Source: an uncultured Acidobacteriota bacterium (GTDB taxonomy: Bacteria > Acidobacteriota > Terriglobia > UBA7540). From it: 24,000 nucleotides of DNA. The translations under genes were made by a program, and so were the position numbers. Where the stretch lies: the NCBI GenBank assembly GCA_937900045.1, contig CALCEB010000207.1:1023-25022 (forward strand), in the 5' to 3' direction. A model generated the notes under the pieces. The model saw only the letters and a program-made list of their open reading frames with translations. It was not told the DNA's origin and searched no databases. Shown one piece after another: positions 21,050 to 24,000 of the stretch (the stretch's first letter is position 1; each line of letters begins with the position of its first letter).

Positions 21050-21124
21050 GGCGCTATCGTCTAGGGGTTAGGACGTGAGATTCTCAATCTCAAAACCCGG
21101 GTTCGATTCCCGGTAGCGCTACCA
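21050..21124 (+). tRNA. tRNA-Glu (anticodon CTC), CCA encoded
   Basis: Hand fold. Acceptor GGCGCTA/TAGCGCT (G1-U72 wobble); D arm GTCT-AGGGGTTA-GGAC; anticodon stem TGAGA/TCTCA with loop TTCTCAA; T arm CCGGG-TTCGATT-CCCGG; A plus CCA. Confidence 0.9.
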
Positions 21125-21159
21125 AGGCTTCTTCCATCCACCAAGATTAGCCCAATCCT

Positions 21160-21630
21160 TCATTTTTCTGTACGCATGCCTGACTCATTCCATGCCACAA
21201 TCTCGAGTTGATCGCCGACGCGGGTTCCGGTCCCGTTGATGGTCAATGCAGGAAGCTCCAACACATTCAGTGCCTCGCGCCGTATTGCGGAAATACGGAA
21301 TGGACGCACGTTTTCCTGCAGATAAACCACGCGCAACTCTCCATCCAGGAAAATCACATCGATGGGAAAGAGCATTCCAAAGGTATGGATCCCCTTGGAA
21401 GGTCGAATCCAAAGCGCGTTTCCCGGGGTGGCCCATTTCCGCGTACGTCCAAGCAGCCCCACAAGGCGGCGCAAGTGTGTTGCCGCAACTTCCACCTCAG
21501 AGGCAATCACTGACTGGCTGCGAAGATTGCGAACCAGCACGCGGCGCTGGGACTTCACGGCGCTTGGTTCGGGCGGGCAAGTTCCGGCGTGACTTGAATT
21601 AAGGCTCGTGGCAGCGGCCTTGCGGTTCAA
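21160..21630 (-). CDS. DUF192-domain protein (COG1430-like)
   Basis: The ...EVAATHLRRLVGLLGR...GNALWIRPSKGIHTFGMLFPIDVIFLD...VVYLQENVRP pattern matches DUF192. The start is uncertain: TTG 21630 overlaps the upstream small-ORF stop, and in-frame GTG codons lie further in. Confidence 0.7.
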   Translation of the reverse strand: MNRKAAATSLNSSHAGTCPPEPSAVKSQRRVLVRNLRSQSVIASEVEVAATHLRRLVGLLGRTRKWATPGNALWIRPSKGIHTFGMLFPIDVIFLDGELRVVYLQENVRPFRISAIRREALNVLELPALTINGTGTRVGDQLEIVAWNESGMRTEK

Positions 21631-21722
21631 TGCGAAGCCTGACGGCTACGGCGCCAGACGATAACGGCCAGCACTGCGACGGCAAGCACCCCTGCGATGA
21701 TTCGAACGGTGGTTGAGTCCAT
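21627..21722 (-). CDS. Small single-pass membrane protein, 31 aa (MDSTTVRIIAGVLAVAVLAVIVWRRSRQASH), below the ORF-track cutoff
   Basis: ATG at 21722-21720 is preceded by TAGGAGGT, with 8 nt between the RBS and the ATG. One clean TM helix is followed by a basic tail. Its TGA (21629-21627) overlaps the TTG of the DUF192 ORF (CATTGAAC). Confidence 0.5.
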   Translation of the reverse strand: MDSTTVRIIAGVLAVAVLAVIVWRRSRQASH

Positions 21723-21860
21723 GAAAAATGACCTCCTAGTCATATTCGCTGATAAAGAGGAAACTTTGTTATTGGGCGGGGCGCGCGGCCTTCGCCAAGT
21801 TTGCGGGAGCGCCGGATTCCAACCGGCGGTGTAGAATAAGCCGTCAAAATCGCGGTGCGG

Positions 21861-22778
21861 CTATTTCGCAAGCGCAGGTAACAATTCTTGCATCATTCTG
21901 AGAACCGCAGGCCCCAAGATCACTACGAAGAGGGCGGGGAAAATAAAGAGGACTAGCACCGGAATCATCTTCACCGTGGTTTTGGCTGCAAGCTCCTCCG
22001 CTCGCTGCCGGCGCAAGGTTCGAAGGTTCTCCGAAAAGATGCGGAGGGATTGGGCAATACTGGTACCGAAGCGGTCTGCCTGAGTGAGAAGCGAAACCAG
22101 GGCGCGGACGTCGTCCACTCCGGTCCGGGCCGCGAGCGAGCGGAAAGCTTCAGCCCGGGCTTTGCCCACACGCACTTCGAAATTCATGAGCTGCAGCTCC
22201 TCACTCAGTTCGGGGTGTGCGAGCGACAGCTCTTGCGAAACCCGCAATACGGATTGATCGAGAGCCAGTCCCGCTTCAATACAGACGATCAGCAAGTCCA
22301 GAGCATCCGGGAGGCCGGTCTGAATCCGGTGTTGCCTCCGCCGAACCCGCCAGGTGAGCCAGAAATCCGGAACAACAAAGCCAGTGACCGCCGCGAAAAG
22401 AAGCAGGAAAACGGGATTCGACCGGTACAGCCCGGTGGCCCACATGACACACAGGAAGACCAGAGAGGAGAGCAGTTTCACGCCCCGCAGCACGGAGACC
22501 GCGCCTGCCTGGCGGATTCCGGCGCGCATCAGAATGCGCTCGACCCGAGTCGCAGAATTTGCCGAAGCGGGAAGCAGTTTCCCCAGGCCATTCAGAATGT
22601 GGCTGAGAAGCTCCAGACGGAGTTGCAGGAAGGATGGTGGAGCTTCTTTCTCAGCGGGGGTCCAGAGACGGTCCAGCCTTTGGGACGCCCCTGGGGGTCC
22701 GGGGGCGAAAGCCGAGGAAACGGCCAAAACAACAATTACCGCGGCAGCGAATGTAATGGCGCTGAAAGCCCAGATCAT
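21861..22778 (-). CDS. tadC: Tad/Flp pilus assembly inner-membrane protein TadC (T2SS F-domain)
   Basis: GLPDALDLLIVCIEAGLALDQSV (T2SSF core), N- and C-terminal TM segments, and a position directly after tadB. Confidence 0.85.
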   Translation of the reverse strand: MIWAFSAITFAAAVIVVLAVSSAFAPGPPGASQRLDRLWTPAEKEAPPSFLQLRLELLSHILNGLGKLLPASANSATRVERILMRAGIRQAGAVSVLRGVKLLSSLVFLCVMWATGLYRSNPVFLLLFAAVTGFVVPDFWLTWRVRRRQHRIQTGLPDALDLLIVCIEAGLALDQSVLRVSQELSLAHPELSEELQLMNFEVRVGKARAEAFRSLAARTGVDDVRALVSLLTQADRFGTSIAQSLRIFSENLRTLRRQRAEELAAKTTVKMIPVLVLFIFPALFVVILGPAVLRMMQELLPALAK

Positions 22779-22799
22779 CGGATCGAAAACCCTGAAGTC

Positions 22800-23765
22800 C
22801 TAAACTGCAATATGGACGATCTTCCACAACAATGCTCCACCCACGGCCTGTAGAAGGGCGGCGCTGATGAGCATGCGCTTGCCCAAGGCATCATGAAAAA
22901 GCGGGCGCAAGTAAGAAGGATTGGTAAAGGCAAGTACGGCAATCAGAATCAGCGGCATGGCAATGAGGATCGCCGCCGTCAGTTTGCCTTGGGCGCTTCG
23001 TGTTCGCACTTCCCCGTAAATCTTGAAGCGTTCACGGATAACCCCGGAGAGATTATCCAAAATTTCGCCGAGGTTGCCGCCCGATTCGCGCTGAATGACC
23101 ACGGCGGTGACGAAGAAACGCACATCCAACAGGGGTACGCGTCGGGCAAGGCGGCGCAGAGCATCGCGTTGCGAAAGGCCCAACTTGTATTCCTCAAAGA
23201 CACGGTGGAACTCACCGGCAACCGGCTCGGGAGCGTCGCGGGGAATCATCTCAAGCCCGGCGGCAAGCGGCTGGCCGGACCGTACCACGCGAGCCAGCAG
23301 GTCGACGGCATCGGGAAAGGCTTTTTCAAAGCGATACAGCCGGCGGGATCGTATGATGGAAACAACGCCTATCGGAGTGAAAAGAGCTGCGAAGCCTAAA
23401 CTTGATGAAATGGGCAATGAGGAGGAAAAGTGAAGCGATAGGAGATAAATCAATAACGACAGTACCGCGCAGGACAGGGAAAACTTGCCAGGGCGCACTT
23501 CGAGACCGGCTTGCAGCAGATAGTCCCGAAGTTTGGAAGGCCACTTCCAACGCAGGAGCAGGCGGTTCAGTCCGGCAATGTCACTGAGCCGGTCACTTTT
23601 CACCAGGCTGGAATTGCCCAGGTCCTGTAAGTTTTGTGAGGCCCGGTCAATGGCACGGAGGCGCGCCGCGACCTGGTAATGCTGTCCGCTTCCCAGCGCT
23701 GCCATCAAGAGTAGCGCCACAACCGCCGAACTTGCGAACGTCACAACCGCCCAGAAAAGGGGCAT
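22800..23765 (-). CDS. tadB: Tad/Flp pilus assembly inner-membrane protein TadB (T2SS F-domain)
   Basis: FPDAVDLLARVVRSGQPLAAGLE, ESGGNLGEILDNLS and TM segments at both ends. The likely start is ATG 23765 (GAAGG RBS); the tracked TTG at 23771 is less likely. Confidence 0.85.
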   Translation of the reverse strand: MPLFWAVVTFASSAVVALLLMAALGSGQHYQVAARLRAIDRASQNLQDLGNSSLVKSDRLSDIAGLNRLLLRWKWPSKLRDYLLQAGLEVRPGKFSLSCAVLSLLIYLLSLHFSSSLPISSSLGFAALFTPIGVVSIIRSRRLYRFEKAFPDAVDLLARVVRSGQPLAAGLEMIPRDAPEPVAGEFHRVFEEYKLGLSQRDALRRLARRVPLLDVRFFVTAVVIQRESGGNLGEILDNLSGVIRERFKIYGEVRTRSAQGKLTAAILIAMPLILIAVLAFTNPSYLRPLFHDALGKRMLISAALLQAVGGALLWKIVHIAV

Positions 23766-23774
23766 GTGCAACCT

Positions 23775-24000
23775 TCAGTAGGCCATAGACCGGCCAAACA
23801 TCTCAGTTGGAAAACGGACTCCCGCCCGCTCGATCCGCTCCGTACACACCGGACGGAATCCTGTGGTGGTGAATTCACCCAGAACTTCCCCATTTTCGCC
23901 AATTCCTGATTTCTGGAATGTAAAGATATCCTGAGTGCTGATAACCTCTCCCTCCATGCCGGTAATCTCGGAGATGGCTACCAATTTGCGATTGCCGTCG
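23775..24000 (-). CDS. cpaF: Tad pilus secretion ATPase CpaF/TadA, C-terminal 74 codons (gene continues beyond the right edge)
   Basis: ...DGNRKLVAISEITGMEGEVISTQDIFTFQ...GEFTTTGFRPVCTERIERAGV matches the CpaF C-terminus. The frame is open to position 24000. Confidence 0.85.
   Translation of the reverse strand, partial: DGNRKLVAISEITGMEGEVISTQDIFTFQKSGIGENGEVLGEFTTTGFRPVCTERIERAGVRFPTEMFGRSMAY

Noticed and set aside
20465-21124. Intron-containing or split tRNA-Glu, with the 5' exon at 20465 and the 3' exon at 21088
   Set aside because: The downstream copy is a complete, well-folding tRNA with its own 5' half. The acceptor 5' strand of the upstream fragment (GGCGCCA) would mismatch the only available 3' strand (TAGCGCT). 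I saw no group I intron core elements.

Overview
This is a 24-kb stretch of a moderately GC-rich bacterial chromosome. The protein sequences and gene content resemble Acidobacteriota/Terriglobia, but that is inference and no search was possible. Housekeeping genes are interrupted by decayed mobile DNA.

Layout, left to right:
- An IS5-family transposase remnant (143-825).
- alaS on the minus strand (871-3981), carrying an unusual in-frame insertion of about 148 aa.
- A 1.5-kb gap with no convincing gene (3982-5487), containing a REP-like nested palindrome.
- An orphan 700-aa radical-SAM enzyme (5488-7590). Its cysteine architecture matches my recollection of the tetraether-lipid synthase (Tes/GDGT-MAS, MJ0619) family. 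I consider this the most interesting gene in the window.
- tRNA adenosine deaminase tadA, then tRNA-Ser(CGA).
- A roughly 6.5-kb island-like accessory block (8304-14749). It starts with an integrase N-terminal stub next to the tRNA and ends with a frameshifted ISAzo13-type transposase. It carries a minus-strand cluster: MarR, a QueG/dehalogenase-like 4Fe-4S protein fused to SCP2, a muconolactone-isomerase-like protein, a membrane protein and two SDRs. A conserved 21-bp operator-like box occurs twice.
- The methyl-cycle pair metK-ahcY and the tldD-pmbA peptidase pair.
- A 5'-half tRNA-Glu fragment and an intact tRNA-Glu(CTC), flanking a 547-bp insert that holds a small coiled-coil ORF.
- The distal part of a Tad/Flp pilus operon on the minus strand: cpaF (partial), tadB, tadC, an untracked 31-aa membrane ORF, and a DUF192 protein.

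I saw no CRISPR array, rRNA or recognisable defence system. All family assignments come from motif recognition by eye, not from searches.
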